From an uncultured Verrucomicrobiae bacterium (lineage in GTDB: Bacteria > Verrucomicrobiota > Verrucomicrobiia > Limisphaerales > Palsa-1400): a stretch of DNA of 64,000 bases. Where the stretch lies: contig CAVXRD010000001.1 in the NCBI GenBank assembly GCA_963764165.1, positions 1,309,959 to 1,373,958 on the forward strand, in the 5' to 3' direction. Shown piece by piece: positions 1-10,092 of the stretch. A program made the position numbers and the translations under genes. Within the stretch, counting starts at the first letter, position 1. The number at the start of each line of letters is the position of its first letter. Below the pieces are notes generated by a model. That model was not told where the DNA came from and did not search any database. It saw only the letters and a program-made list of their open reading frames with translations.

Positions 1-284
1 TCCTGCCGGGCATAACCGTAAAATGGAAGCACCGCGGTAAGCCGCATCGCGCTGGCCCGCCGCACTGCATCCATCATGATGAACAGTTCCATCAGATTGT
101 GATTGGTGGGCGGCGAGGTGGACTGAACTATATAGACGTCCTCCCCGCGAACGTTCTCCTCGATTTTGACAAACGTCTCGCCGTCGGGAAAGGACGAGAC
201 CGTGCATTTGCCAAGTTCCATGCCGATGGACTCGGCGATGCTCTTGGCCAGCGCGGGATTGGAAGTGCCGGAAAAAATCTTCAC
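1..284 (-). CDS. prs: ribose-phosphate pyrophosphokinase (PRPP synthetase), N-terminal 94 codons; the gene runs off the left edge
   Basis: Not in the ORF track (GTG start at 284, open at the window edge). My minus-strand translation is [94 protein letters not shown]. It follows the Prs N-terminal pattern (F.G..N..LA..IA, F.DGE, NVRG.DV.I.QST, N..LMEL, DA.RRASA, Y.GYARQ). The + strand ORFs 99..383 and 166..348 are antisense shadows. Confidence 0.85.
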   Translation of the reverse strand, partial: MKIFSGTSNPALAKSIAESIGMELGKCTVSSFPDGETFVKIEENVRGEDVYIVQSTSPPTNHNLMELFIMMDAVRRASAMRLTAVLPFYGYARQ

Positions 285-461
285 AAAATGTCAATCAATG
301 AGACGAAAAAGCCACCCGAAGGCGGCTCTGCGTGTGGCAGAACTGTAACAACGGCGCGTCGGGGCGCAAGAACTATTAAATAGCAAGTTTCGCCAGCCAT
401 ATAACAAAAAACGCCCGAAAGCACAAAGTGCTTTCATTGCGGCTCACGCTCTGATACTGGA

Positions 462-1427
462 TTGGCAAAGATGCGTAGATTCATCCTTTCGTTCATTTGC
501 GGCTTCGTCGTGGCCACATCGGCTGCGATGGCGGGAACCTTTCCATTGACAGACGGCTCCAAGATCAGCGGCAGCCCCGATTCGATCCAGGATAAAGGCG
601 TTGTGTTCCAACTGGACGGCGGCGATCTCTCCCCCCGGATAAGCTGGGATCGTTTCACCGGCGATGCATTGAAGGAACTAATGGCCGAGGCCAAAACCGA
701 AGCGCAACGCGAAATGCTCCGCCCCATGATCGAAAGCCTGCCGGAGGAAGTTGCCAAGCGCAAAGAAATCTCCGTCAAACCCGTCGAGACGCCGCCCCGC
801 CCGAAACAAGCCACCGGCATCTTTGGGCTGTTCGGAAGCCCGGTCGGGTGGTTTATAATGATCGTTCTTTACGGGGCGAATTTGTTCGCCGCCTACGAAG
901 TTTGCATTTATCGCCGCCAGCCCCTTGGGTTGGTCATGGGACTCGCCGCCATTCCGTTTCTTGGCGTGGTCAGCCCCATTGTTTTCGGTGCGATGAAGAC
1001 GCAGCGTCCTCCTCCCGAGCCGGTGGTGGTGGCTCCCACGGCGGAGGAAGCCGCCGCCCAGGCTGAGGCGCAGGCCGCCGCCATCGAGGAAGCCAAAGTG
1101 GCCGAAGCCGCCGCGCAAGCTGCCGCCGCGCCCAGCAAACCCGTCCTGCCGGAGCCCATTGTTTACAAGCGCGGCGAAACTTCCTTCAATCGCCGTTTCT
1201 TCGAGGGGAAGTTCGCGGGTTTCTTCCGCGTCGTGCCAAGCGAGTCGGAAAAAGATTTAGTGCTGGCGATTGCCACGGCACGTGGTAATTTCGTCGGACG
1301 CCGAATTTCAAAGATCACGCAAACCGAGCTTTATTTGCAGGTCACTGTCAACAATGCGAGCTCGGAGGAAATGATTCCGTTTACGGAAATTTCCGAGGTC
1401 CAGGTTCGGCACAAAGACCTTAAGTAA
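462..1427 (+). CDS. hypothetical membrane protein (signal peptide, two central TM helices, Ala/Glu/Pro-rich linker)
   Basis: 321-aa ORF. Signal-like N-terminus MAKMRRFILSFICGFVVATSAAMA. Hydrophobic helices WFIMIVLYGANLFAAYEV and LVMGLAAIPFLGVVSPIVFGA. Low-complexity AEEAAAQAEAQAAAIEEAKVAEAAAQAAAA. No family recognised. Confidence 0.6.
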   Translation: MAKMRRFILSFICGFVVATSAAMAGTFPLTDGSKISGSPDSIQDKGVVFQLDGGDLSPRISWDRFTGDALKELMAEAKTEAQREMLRPMIESLPEEVAKRKEISVKPVETPPRPKQATGIFGLFGSPVGWFIMIVLYGANLFAAYEVCIYRRQPLGLVMGLAAIPFLGVVSPIVFGAMKTQRPPPEPVVVAPTAEEAAAQAEAQAAAIEEAKVAEAAAQAAAAPSKPVLPEPIVYKRGETSFNRRFFEGKFAGFFRVVPSESEKDLVLAIATARGNFVGRRISKITQTELYLQVTVNNASSEEMIPFTEISEVQVRHKDLK

Positions 1428-1521
1428 ACATCGTGATGTCCAGGCTTAAACAGGAGTCCATCCTGTGCGCCATCGCCGCCTGCCGGCGTTGCGCGCGCGT
1501 TGTCTCCACCACCGGTAACCA

Positions 1522-2100
1522 ATGAAAATTCGCACTGTCCTTTTATTCGGCGCACCTGGTTCCGGCAAGGGAACGCAGGGCAAAATCCTTGGCAGCATTC
1601 CAAACTTTTACCACTTTTCGTGCGGGGAAGTTTTCCGCAACCTGACGCCGGATTCGGCGCTGGGCCGGATTTTTATCGATTACTCCAGCCGCGGCCAATT
1701 GGTCCCGGCCGAGCCTACCGTCCGGCTCTGGCACAACAATATTGAATCCGCAGAGCAAGCCGGGCGCTTCAATCGCAAGACCGACACGCTCGTGCTGGAT
1801 GGGATTCCGCGCAACATCGAGCAGGCGAAAATGCTGCACAGCCTCGTGAATGTGCATCACATTTTCTACCTGCGCTGCATGGACATGAAAAAGCTGGTGG
1901 CCCGCCTGCAGCGGCGCGCCTTGCGCGAAAATCGTCTTGACGACGCCAACATCCAGGTGATCCGCGAGCGGCTCGAGACTTACGAGCGCGAAACGCATCC
2001 GGTGCTGGAGTATTACGGGCCGAAATTGGTGCGCACGATCGATTCAACCCAGAAGCCCGTCGCTGTCCTGCGGGAAATCCTGGCCCTGATTGCGAAGTAG
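1522..2100 (+). CDS. adk: adenylate kinase family nucleoside-monophosphate kinase (short type, no zinc lid)
   Basis: 192 aa. P-loop FGAPGSGKGTQ near the N-terminus, LVLDGIPR NMP-kinase motif, LETYERETHPVLEYY C-terminal pattern. Confidence 0.8.
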   Translation: MKIRTVLLFGAPGSGKGTQGKILGSIPNFYHFSCGEVFRNLTPDSALGRIFIDYSSRGQLVPAEPTVRLWHNNIESAEQAGRFNRKTDTLVLDGIPRNIEQAKMLHSLVNVHHIFYLRCMDMKKLVARLQRRALRENRLDDANIQVIRERLETYERETHPVLEYYGPKLVRTIDSTQKPVAVLREILALIAK

Positions 2101-2347
2101 CGGAGCGTTTCGCGCAGCGGAAAAAAGAGTGTTCCTCGATGATTTCGGTGGAATAGCGGCGGCAAATTTGATTCATTTCGGCGAGGAAACTCTGCGCTCT
2201 CCGCGCCTCTGCGTTTAATGCACTTTTGTTTTTGGCCAGGAGCAGATCAAGCGCGAGGATTACACACGTCGTCATGGGCTGCCAGAGGGAAAAGAATTCT
2301 CGCGCAGAGAAGAGGAGTGCGCGAACTGCCAAAAGAGGCCACTAATC

Positions 2348-3292
2348 ATGCCGTTGCGAATCGTTTTCATGGGAACCGCCGAGCTGGCTTGCGCCAGCCT
2401 TCGCGCGTTGCTGCGTTCTGAAGCTTTTCAGATGATCGCCGTCGTCACGCAGCCCGACCGCCCAAGAGGCCGGCACAACCAAGCGATGAAATCCGCAGTG
2501 AAACTCGCGGCCGAGGAAGCCTCCCTGCCCGTCCTGCAGCCGGAACGCGCCCGCGACCCGGCCTTTGTAACTGAACTGGCTGGGCTGAAGCCGGATGTCA
2601 TCGTGGTTGCCGCTTACGGGCAGATTCTTCCGCAATCCATTTTGGATTTGCCGCGGTTCGGATGCGTCAATGTCCATGCCTCCATCCTGCCGAAATATCG
2701 CGGCGCGGCTCCCATTCAATGGGCCATCCTCAACAACGAGACCGTCACCGGAATTTCCATCATGAAAATGGCCGCCGGTCTCGACACAGGCGATGTGCTG
2801 AGCATCCGCGAAACGCCAATTGGAGACAACGACACGTCAGCCACATTGCACGACCGCCTCGCGCTGATGGGAGGAGAATTGTTGACAGAAACTCTGCCAA
2901 AATTCGTGGCCGGGGAAATCACGCCGCAGCCGCAGGATCACGCCGCCTCGACCTACGCGCGGAAAATCGTCAAAGCCGACGGCAAAATCGATTGGACGCT
3001 GCCCGCAAGGGAAATTCGCACGCGCATTCGGGCGTTCACGCCGTGGCCGGGAGCTTTCGTGGAATGGAATCTCAAAGGCAAGCCGCGCCTCGTCAAAATC
3101 TGGCAGACGCAAGTCGTGGATGGCCGCGGAAATCCTGGAGAAATCCTGGAAGCCGAGCGCGCCAGTCTCGTTGTAGCCTGCGGTCAACAGGCGTTGAAAA
3201 TCGAACAGTTGCAAGTCGAAGGCAGCCGCAAAATGTCCGCCGCTGAATTTCTGCCCGGGTACGGCAAACCTGAGCGAGAGACGTCGCGGTAA
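2348..3292 (+). CDS. fmt: methionyl-tRNA formyltransferase
   Basis: 314 aa. MPLRIVFMGT start, VVTQPDRPRGR, NVHASILPKYRGAAPIQWAI (formyltransferase core), C-terminal FTPWPGAF domain. Confidence 0.9.
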   Translation: MPLRIVFMGTAELACASLRALLRSEAFQMIAVVTQPDRPRGRHNQAMKSAVKLAAEEASLPVLQPERARDPAFVTELAGLKPDVIVVAAYGQILPQSILDLPRFGCVNVHASILPKYRGAAPIQWAILNNETVTGISIMKMAAGLDTGDVLSIRETPIGDNDTSATLHDRLALMGGELLTETLPKFVAGEITPQPQDHAASTYARKIVKADGKIDWTLPAREIRTRIRAFTPWPGAFVEWNLKGKPRLVKIWQTQVVDGRGNPGEILEAERASLVVACGQQALKIEQLQVEGSRKMSAAEFLPGYGKPERETSR

Positions 3293-3340
3293 GAATGGCG
3301 GCATCGTCCCAGATCGGAACCGAAATGCCCCAAAAGCCTC

Positions 3341-4483
3341 TCAGCCCGACGAGGCCATCGCCAGGCGCAATTCTCCGGGAGAGACGAACGAGATTTTCAG
3401 ACCGTCCTGAACCCGCTCATAAAGAGGGCTTGTCAGCGGACTAACGACAAAGTTCTTTCCTTTGGGATATTGTTCGCGAAACGCCGCCAGCCCACGACTT
3501 TCAAATGCCTGTGGATTCCATTTGCATTCAATGGCGTCTACCGTGTCGCGCTCGCGCGGCAGAACAAAGTCCACCTCACGCTGCTGTTTGTCGCGCCAAA
3601 AATGAATCTTTGGCAACCCGGCGGCAATCAGGGTGTCGAGCACGAGGTGCTCCCATAATAGGCCGCAATCCTCCGCGCGCAACTGATCCCAACCGCGGGA
3701 ATAACAGACCATTCCGGTATCGAACCCAAACACCTTCGGCTGCGCCACAATCTCACGTCGACCCCCTGCGGAATACGGGCGCACTAGATGCGCCACGTGG
3801 GTGATTTGAAAAACATCCAACCAGTTAGTAACAGTGGGCCGGCTAATCTGGCTTTCGCCAGCCAGCTTGGAAACGTCGAGCATCCCGCCGCTTTGCCGCA
3901 TCAGCAATTCCAGCACCCGCAGAAATCCGGCGCGTTTTTCCAACCGGAACAGCTCCTGCACGTCGCGGGCAAAGTAGGAATCCTGCCACTCGGCGTAAAA
4001 TTCAGGATTGTGCTTTTCAGCGAGCAACGCGGGCGGCAATCCCCCGCGCAACAAGCGCAGCCGCAAATCAGTCACACCAAAGGCCGTAAGTTCCTCATGC
4101 AACACGGGCGCCAGTTCAACAACGCGCTTGCGCCCCGTCAGGCTGTCGCGGAATTTTTGCGTGGCCGCGAGCGTGGAGGAACCCGTCGCCAGTATTCTCA
4201 ATCGGGAAAACCCATCCGCTCCAATCTTTAACAGCCTGCTCGGATCGGGAAGCTGATGCACTTCGTCGAACACCACCCACCTTCGCTTCAGCGATCGGTA
4301 AAAGCTTTCTGGATCACGCAATCGCTCCGCCACACTGGGCAGATCACAGTTCAGAAACTCAGCGTCCGGCAGGCCCTGCGCCAGCACCGTTTTGCCCGCG
4401 CGCCTCGGCCCCGTCAGCCAGACAATGGGCGCCTGCTTCCACGCGGCCACCAGACGCTGGGTCCAAAAAGGTCTGTCGATCAT
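3341..4483 (-). CDS. AAA+ ATPase with C-terminal DUF4143-like domain
   Basis: 380 aa. Walker A LTGPRRAGKT, VVFDEVHQLP Walker-B-like motif, C-terminal REVDFVL...DAIECKW pattern typical of the ATPase/DUF4143 family. Confidence 0.8.
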   Translation of the reverse strand: MIDRPFWTQRLVAAWKQAPIVWLTGPRRAGKTVLAQGLPDAEFLNCDLPSVAERLRDPESFYRSLKRRWVVFDEVHQLPDPSRLLKIGADGFSRLRILATGSSTLAATQKFRDSLTGRKRVVELAPVLHEELTAFGVTDLRLRLLRGGLPPALLAEKHNPEFYAEWQDSYFARDVQELFRLEKRAGFLRVLELLMRQSGGMLDVSKLAGESQISRPTVTNWLDVFQITHVAHLVRPYSAGGRREIVAQPKVFGFDTGMVCYSRGWDQLRAEDCGLLWEHLVLDTLIAAGLPKIHFWRDKQQREVDFVLPRERDTVDAIECKWNPQAFESRGLAAFREQYPKGKNFVVSPLTSPLYERVQDGLKISFVSPGELRLAMASSG

Positions 4484-4646
4484 TGCAACCCAATTTTACA
4501 TATAGACGTCTAAATGTAAAGTGTAGTTTCTGACGAATTTATTGAGGCAAATCGTCTCAGCAGCTTTGAGGCAATTTCGGCGAGGCGCCACCTTGGGGAG
4601 GACCCGCGCCCTCGCGCGTCGCGCCTCACTCACTTGAGGACCCGCC

Positions 4647-5153
4647 CTACTTGACACGAAGTTCGTAATAGATCAACGGAGTGTTGCGATACGTCACGCG
4701 CCCAACCTCGGTGTATCCACAGCGCGCGTAAAAGGGGCCGGCTCCCGCTTTGGCGTCATAGGCGTCAAGTCGAATGGCGTCGGCGGGCCACTCTTTTGCG
4801 ATCCGCACGACTTCTTGCAAGCAGCCGCGGCCAATCCCTCGGCGTTGCCATGCAGGAGCAACGGCCATGGAGACAAGATAAAGGGGCTTCTGGCAGGGCA
4901 CGAAGTAACTTGTATCGATCGCCCACGGTTTCTTTTTGCCGAGGTGAAGCGTGGCTACGATATCCTTGCCGTGCCGCGCCACGAAAACAACCGAATTGCG
5001 CATCCGCATTGCGAACAGAACTCCCTTCTCGGAAGACTTGGTTGTCCAAGGTCCGGATCCGTGGAGGGCAGTCAGGTGTCCGGCGACGGCGTTATGCAAC
5101 GCCGCGAGCGCGGACGCATCAGAAGTCTCTCCAGGAAGAAGTTCAATGTCCAT
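4647..5153 (-). CDS. GNAT family N-acetyltransferase
   Basis: 168 aa. Acetyl-CoA binding motif VAPAWQRRGIGRGCLQEVV (Q/R-x-x-G-x-G/A) followed by FYARCGY. Confidence 0.75.
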   Translation of the reverse strand: MDIELLPGETSDASALAALHNAVAGHLTALHGSGPWTTKSSEKGVLFAMRMRNSVVFVARHGKDIVATLHLGKKKPWAIDTSYFVPCQKPLYLVSMAVAPAWQRRGIGRGCLQEVVRIAKEWPADAIRLDAYDAKAGAGPFYARCGYTEVGRVTYRNTPLIYYELRVK

Positions 5154-5201
5154 GCAAGGCGATAGATGTTGAATCCACTATGGCAAGCCTTCATCAAGGT
5201 A

Positions 5202-5220
5202 GACGCCTCGCCGAGGCGTC
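5202..5220. repeat. REP-like GC-rich perfect palindrome GACGCCTCGCCGAGGCGTC
   Basis: Perfect 19-bp palindrome between mdh and the GNAT gene. Near-identical palindromes (GGCGCCTCGGCGAGGCGCC, GGACGCCTCGGCGAGGCGTCC) recur at 16718..16738 and 16786..16806. Confidence 0.6.
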
Positions 5221-5270
5221 CGGGGCGCGAACGAAGCTGTCGTCCCTACCCTGAATACCCGCGTTGAGAG

Positions 5271-6263
5271 TTACTTGATGAGGCCCAATTCCGCGGCCAT
5301 TGTCTTTTCACCCTTCAATTCGTTGACAGACGCGTCGATCTTGGTGCGCGCGTAATCTGTCACTTGAATTCCCTGCACGATTTGCAATTTCTGCCCGACG
5401 TTGCGCACCGGGAACGAGCAAACCAATCCCGCTTCGATGCCGTAGCTGCCATCGGAAACGACGCACACGCTGTGGAAATCGCCCGCCGGTGTGGGCTGGA
5501 CAATGGAATGCACGCTGTCGATGGCGGCATTGGCGGCGCTGGCCGCGCTGCCGGCTTTGCGGGCGTTTAGAACAGACGTGCCGCGCTGGGCCACGGTCGT
5601 GACGAATTCGGTCTTGAGCCAGTTTTCGTCCTTGATGACATCCGTTGCCGGCTGCCCGTTGATTTTCGCGTGATAGAAATCGGGAAACATCGTCGGGCTG
5701 TGATTGCCCCAAACGCCGAGGTTTGAAACCGCCGAAACCGGGACGCCAGCCTTCCTGGCCAATTGCGCCTTGCCGCGATTTTCATCCAAACGCGTCATGG
5801 CAAACCAGCGATCAGCCGGGATGTCCTGGGCGTTGCTGCGGGCAATGAGGCAATTCGTGTTGCACGGATTTCCGACGACCAAAATGCGGATGTCGGAGGC
5901 CGCGTTCTTCTGCAAAGCCTGGGCTTGGCCGATAAAAATCTTGCCGTTAATTGCGAGAAGGTCTTTGCGTTCCATGCCCGGTTTGCGCGAAACGCTGCCG
6001 ATGAGCAGCGCCCAATTGATCCCGCGAAAACCTTCATTCAAGTCCGCCGTGGCGGTGAGCTTGTGCAAGGCCGGGGATGCGCAATCCTCCAATTCCATGA
6101 CGACGCCCTGAAGTATGGGCAGGGCGTCGGGAATATCGACCAGCGTGAGGTTGACGGGCTGTTCCGGCCCGAACAATTCGCCGGAAGCAATGCGAAAGAG
6201 GATGGAATAACCAATGGCGCCAGCGGCACCCGTGACTGCGACTGAAATGGGAGTCTTATTCAT
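5271..6263 (-). CDS. mdh: malate dehydrogenase (NAD-dependent, long LDH-like/cytosolic-type family)
   Basis: 330 aa. VAVTGAAGAIGYSILFRIASGELFG dinucleotide-binding N-terminus, ILVVGNPCNTNCLI, MTRLDENRGKAQLA, VWGNHSPTMFPD. Confidence 0.92.
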   Translation of the reverse strand: MNKTPISVAVTGAAGAIGYSILFRIASGELFGPEQPVNLTLVDIPDALPILQGVVMELEDCASPALHKLTATADLNEGFRGINWALLIGSVSRKPGMERKDLLAINGKIFIGQAQALQKNAASDIRILVVGNPCNTNCLIARSNAQDIPADRWFAMTRLDENRGKAQLARKAGVPVSAVSNLGVWGNHSPTMFPDFYHAKINGQPATDVIKDENWLKTEFVTTVAQRGTSVLNARKAGSAASAANAAIDSVHSIVQPTPAGDFHSVCVVSDGSYGIEAGLVCSFPVRNVGQKLQIVQGIQVTDYARTKIDASVNELKGEKTMAAELGLIK

Positions 6264-6639
6264 ATGTCAGGAGGTAAATGATGCTCCCCTCGCGAAAAGA
6301 AACAAGTGGAAATCGGAATGGCGGGATTTGAAATTGAACAGGAGGAAGGCCGAGGGCGCGTGTTGGAAAGATTTCCACATCTCGCCAGTCGCAGTTCCCA
6401 AGTTTTGATATGTTCTTCGAAGTTGGCCACAACACGATTCGTTTTCGGTTGTTTGAGGGTTGCTGCGGCTGGTCTTCGACACAGCCGCGCCTGTCGGACT
6501 GCGTCCACCACCCACTTTCCACCACACCTTTTTCTCTGTTCTCTCGGTTTTCCTCCTGTTTAATTTCAGGTTCCCGCCAAAACTTCTTGCCAATCCCCCA
6601 TTCGCGTCGTAAACGTTATTTGCTCTTTGAAAACGGCGG

Positions 6640-6805
6640 ACGATTTTGTTCGCCTTGAAAATGCAGTCGAATGTCAGGGAACCCGGTGTGAATCCGGGGC
6701 GGTTGCGCCACTGTAACGGCTACTAACTCCCAATGCCACTGTTCGCAAGAACGGGAAGGCGGGAGTGAGGTTTGAGGCCGAAGCCAGGATACCGGTTTGA
6801 TTGTG
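6640..6805 (+). promoter_or_regulatory. cobalamin (B12) riboswitch aptamer
   Basis: Conserved core strings on the + strand: cagGGAAcccGGTGtgAAtCCggggcggttgcGCCACTGTaacgg (6675..6718), GCCACTGttcgcaagaacGGGAAGGCggg (6735..6763), and B12-box-like gccgAAGCCAGGAtACCGGtt (6777..6797). It lies 240 nt upstream of the 7041 start on the same strand. Confidence 0.8.
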
Positions 6806-6900
6806 CTCGTCGCGGCTGGAGATTTCTCCAGCCAGCTTCTCCGCAAAGAGAAGGATGAGGCCAGTCCGCCCGAACTGTCTTTGGGCGGCTCGTCGAATTT

Positions 6901-6941
6901 CCTCCATTCCTCGTTTGCGAAGTCTGGAGGTTTTTTATTTT
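6901..6941 (+). terminator. intrinsic terminator, probable expression platform of the cobalamin riboswitch
   Basis: Stem CCTCCA (6901..6906) pairs with TGGAGG (6925..6930), followed directly by TTTTTTATTTT (6931..6941). It sits between the aptamer and the 7041 start codon. Confidence 0.55.
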
Positions 6942-7040
6942 GTCCTCAAAAACTTCCCCGGCTTCGCGCTGGTCTCTCAACACTAAAACTGTTCCGCGAA
7001 ATTCTATTGAATTCGCGGGACAAATTGAAAGATCAGCAGC

Positions 7041-9197
7041 ATGAAAAATGTTCGTTTCGCGCTGGCCATCGCCAGCTTGTTTCTCGTCTCCAAGTCCCCA
7101 GCGATTTCGCTGGATGACATTCAATTATGGACCGGCAGCGGCACCAATCGCGCCGCGCTTGTCATCGAATGGAATCCGCCGATTGTGTTTAATAACACCA
7201 CCGTTCCCGCGCCGGTCGCGAACAAGACCCTGGTGTGGGGTTATCGTTTCAATGGGGCGGCCACGGGAACCCAAATGTTCAATGCCATCGTTGCGGCCAA
7301 TCCACAACTTTATGCCGTGGAGACCTACGACCCGTCCTTGGGCACCGGCATCGAAGCCATCGGGTTCAATCTTGACGGCAGCGGATTGGCGGGTGTCAGC
7401 GATGGAACGAATACCTTCCTTTCTGATGCATTCACCAATGGAATTTTGACCAATCCGGATTTGGGGGCGGATGCCGCGTATTCGATAAACAGCGGCGATT
7501 TATTCTGGAGCAGTGATTACAACGGCCCGTATTGGCAGATTTGGAATGAGCTTGGCGACAGCGGCGCATTTTCAAATTCGCCAGAACGCGGAACCAACGC
7601 GTATTTTGATCCAAACACTTACAACCACGGCCAGTGGTCTTACGCTGACTTCGGTCCGGATGACCTGACGCTCACCAATGGTTCGTGGATAGGATTTTCA
7701 ATCGCACCGGACGGATACCCTGAAGACACGAACGCTCCAAGCTATTCCACGAACCTCTATATTTTCAACAATGACGTGCAAGCGCCGCCGTCGCCTGATG
7801 GCACTTATGTGGCTTACGTTTGCAACACCAATGATTTTGCGGTTCAAGTCGTCAGCACAAATGATATCGATGCCGCCGCTCCCTACAACCAGCCCGCGGC
7901 CGCGCTTGGACGTCCGACGCTGAAATTCATCGATCATTACATGCCGCATCAAACGAGCATCATTCACCGGACAAAGATCGTTGAAGCGCCCTACTGGACT
8001 GACCCGAACACCAATGATGTGATCACCGAAATTTCCAGCGGCGGGCAGATTACGGTGAACATGGGGCGCAAAGTTTTCGACGACCCGAATAATCCTTATG
8101 GCGTCGACCTCATTATTTACGGCAATTCGTTTTTCTCCGCTTCAGGATACGGCGGGTCGGAGGTGGATGACTTTGCGGATTTGGGCGTTGCCACGTTAAG
8201 CACTGGAATTTTTGGCCATTCGACGACGGTTTCAGTCAGCCAGGATGGCGCCAACTGGTATTCCTTCAGCAATCTCTCCGAAATTTTCCCGGACAATGCC
8301 TATCGTTGGGATGATCCCAATCATTCGTGGACAGACGAGCAACTGAATCCAACCAAACCGCTCAATCCATATATCTACACGAACAATTTCGGCGGCCAAA
8401 CTGTCGCCAGCGGCCTGGACCAATTCGTTGGCGAGGCGGGCGGCACGGGCTTTGATTTGAAGGCATCCGGCCTCCCTTGGATTCAATACATCCGCGTGCA
8501 GCCGGGAGCGGGCGCCTACACTGTCATTGACGCGATTGCGGCGGTTGACCCGGTGGTGGTGGGCGACGCGCTCTCGATTGCGCCTGACAATCTGACTTCC
8601 GGCCTCACGAATTTGCTTTTCCAAAACCCCGCCAATTCCAGCCAGAATCTGATTACCGTCACGTTTAATTCCGTGAACGCCGTCGCAAAGGTAAGCACAG
8701 TTAGTTTGAGCGATTTTTCCGCGTTCGCGCCAGTCATTGGCAATTTGTCCAGCGCGTATCAAATCACCGCAAAAGCGGTGACAGGGACGAACACCGTCAA
8801 CTACACGGCTGCGGTCGGATTGCGCGCGGGCGCAAATTACACCGGCAACGGCGGCGACTTGCGCGTCTATCAATGGAACGGCGGCAACTGGTTGCCGCAG
8901 GCGTTCAGCTTTGACGCGGCGAACCATGAAGCCCTCATCGCGGGCGTCACGAATTTTTCCGCCTTCGTGGTGTCTCAGATTGCGCCGCCGCAGTTGACGG
9001 CTGTGAGCGCATCGAATGGGTTCGTCTTAAAATTCACGCCGGTGGCGAACTGCCCGAACATCGTAGAACGCTCTGCCGATTTGATGATGTGGACTCCGAT
9101 CGCAACCAACATGCCAGCCAGCGCACAGCCTATCACGTTGCAAGATCCAAATGCGCCCGCAGGCAGCGCATTTTATCGCGTGCTTGCGCAACCCTGA
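7041..9197 (+). CDS. exported 718-aa protein of unknown function, cobalamin-riboswitch controlled; C-terminal FYR-ending beta domain
   Basis: Signal peptide [24 protein letters not shown]. Asn/Thr/Gly-rich beta-type sequence. Repeated W-x-Y...G-S-W-I-G-F style motifs ([29 protein letters not shown]). The C-terminus ...[35 protein letters not shown] is shared in pattern with three other exported proteins in the window. Confidence 0.8.
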   Translation: MKNVRFALAIASLFLVSKSPAISLDDIQLWTGSGTNRAALVIEWNPPIVFNNTTVPAPVANKTLVWGYRFNGAATGTQMFNAIVAANPQLYAVETYDPSLGTGIEAIGFNLDGSGLAGVSDGTNTFLSDAFTNGILTNPDLGADAAYSINSGDLFWSSDYNGPYWQIWNELGDSGAFSNSPERGTNAYFDPNTYNHGQWSYADFGPDDLTLTNGSWIGFSIAPDGYPEDTNAPSYSTNLYIFNNDVQAPPSPDGTYVAYVCNTNDFAVQVVSTNDIDAAAPYNQPAAALGRPTLKFIDHYMPHQTSIIHRTKIVEAPYWTDPNTNDVITEISSGGQITVNMGRKVFDDPNNPYGVDLIIYGNSFFSASGYGGSEVDDFADLGVATLSTGIFGHSTTVSVSQDGANWYSFSNLSEIFPDNAYRWDDPNHSWTDEQLNPTKPLNPYIYTNNFGGQTVASGLDQFVGEAGGTGFDLKASGLPWIQYIRVQPGAGAYTVIDAIAAVDPVVVGDALSIAPDNLTSGLTNLLFQNPANSSQNLITVTFNSVNAVAKVSTVSLSDFSAFAPVIGNLSSAYQITAKAVTGTNTVNYTAAVGLRAGANYTGNGGDLRVYQWNGGNWLPQAFSFDAANHEALIAGVTNFSAFVVSQIAPPQLTAVSASNGFVLKFTPVANCPNIVERSADLMMWTPIATNMPASAQPITLQDPNAPAGSAFYRVLAQP

Positions 9198-9225
9198 TGC
9201 AAGAGCGACGATCAAGGAAATGTCG

Positions 9226-10092
9226 ATGAGGCGGCGACAGATCAGTCGTAGCGCAGGTTTCCAAACCTGCTGTATCGCAGGTTTCCAAGCCTGCATGCGA
9301 TGTCATGGCAAGCGGATTTGGAAATCCGCGACACAGCAGGTTTGGAAACCTGCGCTACGGCTTCGCCGGGCATTCACCTTGATTGAATTGCTCGTCGTCA
9401 TCGCCATCATCGCGATTCTTGCCGCATTGCTTTTGCCCGCGCTGGCAGGCGCCAAGGTTCACGCCAAGGGCATCCAATGCTTGAGCAACTTGCGGCAGAT
9501 GACCATCGCCGCGGAGGGTTATACCAGCGACAACGCCGGCTGTTATCCAATTGCGCAATACTGGGATGACGATCAAGGAACAACTGTTTGCTGGGACTTG
9601 ACAGTGGTTTATGATGTCAATAATAACGCTTCCGTGATTCCCGGCCTTCTTTGGGGAGGGCGCAGCAACATAAAAATTCAGCAATGCCCCTCGTTTGATG
9701 GCAGCGCCGATTGGGTGGACAATCCCTCCACCGGCTACAATTACAACACGAGCTATATTGGCCACGGCGAGGGAGAGGCGGTCGAAGAGCCGGCCGTCAT
9801 CTCCGCGCTCCAACATCCAGCGAAAACCGCCATTTTCGGGGACGGGCAGTATTCGGCGGGAGCGGACAAATTCATGCGCGCACCCTGGCCGAATCCCGGC
9901 GATGCGACCTTCAGCGGTCGATGGAGCGGCACGCAAGGTTTCCGCCACCAAAATCGCTGCAACGTCGGATTTTGCGATGGCCACGCCGAATCGTTGTCGG
10001 CGTGTTATACCAACAATGCCGACGGCGCGGCCAACGTCGCACCCGGCACGGGATTTCTTTCGGCGAGCAATTCGATGTATCAGCTCCAGTAA
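9226..10092 (+). CDS. prepilin-type N-terminal cleavage/methylation domain protein, DUF1559 / H-X9-DG family (pseudopilin-like)
   Basis: [43 protein letters not shown] prepilin helix. C-terminal H-X9-DG motif ([18 protein letters not shown]). The start is uncertain. ATG 9226 has AGGA 7 nt upstream. ATG 9295 is an alternative. The track start 9151 overlaps the upstream gene and is unlikely. Confidence 0.85.
   Translation: MRRRQISRSAGFQTCCIAGFQACMRCHGKRIWKSATQQVWKPALRLRRAFTLIELLVVIAIIAILAALLLPALAGAKVHAKGIQCLSNLRQMTIAAEGYTSDNAGCYPIAQYWDDDQGTTVCWDLTVVYDVNNNASVIPGLLWGGRSNIKIQQCPSFDGSADWVDNPSTGYNYNTSYIGHGEGEAVEEPAVISALQHPAKTAIFGDGQYSAGADKFMRAPWPNPGDATFSGRWSGTQGFRHQNRCNVGFCDGHAESLSACYTNNADGAANVAPGTGFLSASNSMYQLQ
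9247..9359. repeat. 113-bp palindromic element with perfect 27-bp terminal inverted repeats
   Basis: cgtagcgcaggtttccaaacctgctgt (9247..9273) is the exact reverse complement of acagcaggtttggaaacctgcgctacg (9333..9359). Inner hairpins are gcaggtttccaagcctgc and gcggatttggaaatccgc. It lies inside the 5' end of the DUF1559 ORF. Confidence 0.8.

Noticed and set aside
99-383. 94-aa and 60-aa + strand ORFs at the left edge
   Set aside because: They are antisense to the clearly recognisable prs coding sequence (1..284, minus strand).
9151-9225. Longest-ORF start of the first DUF1559 gene
   Set aside because: It overlaps the last 47 nt of the upstream gene in another frame and has no ribosome-binding signal. 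The ATG at 9226 has AGGA at the proper spacing.
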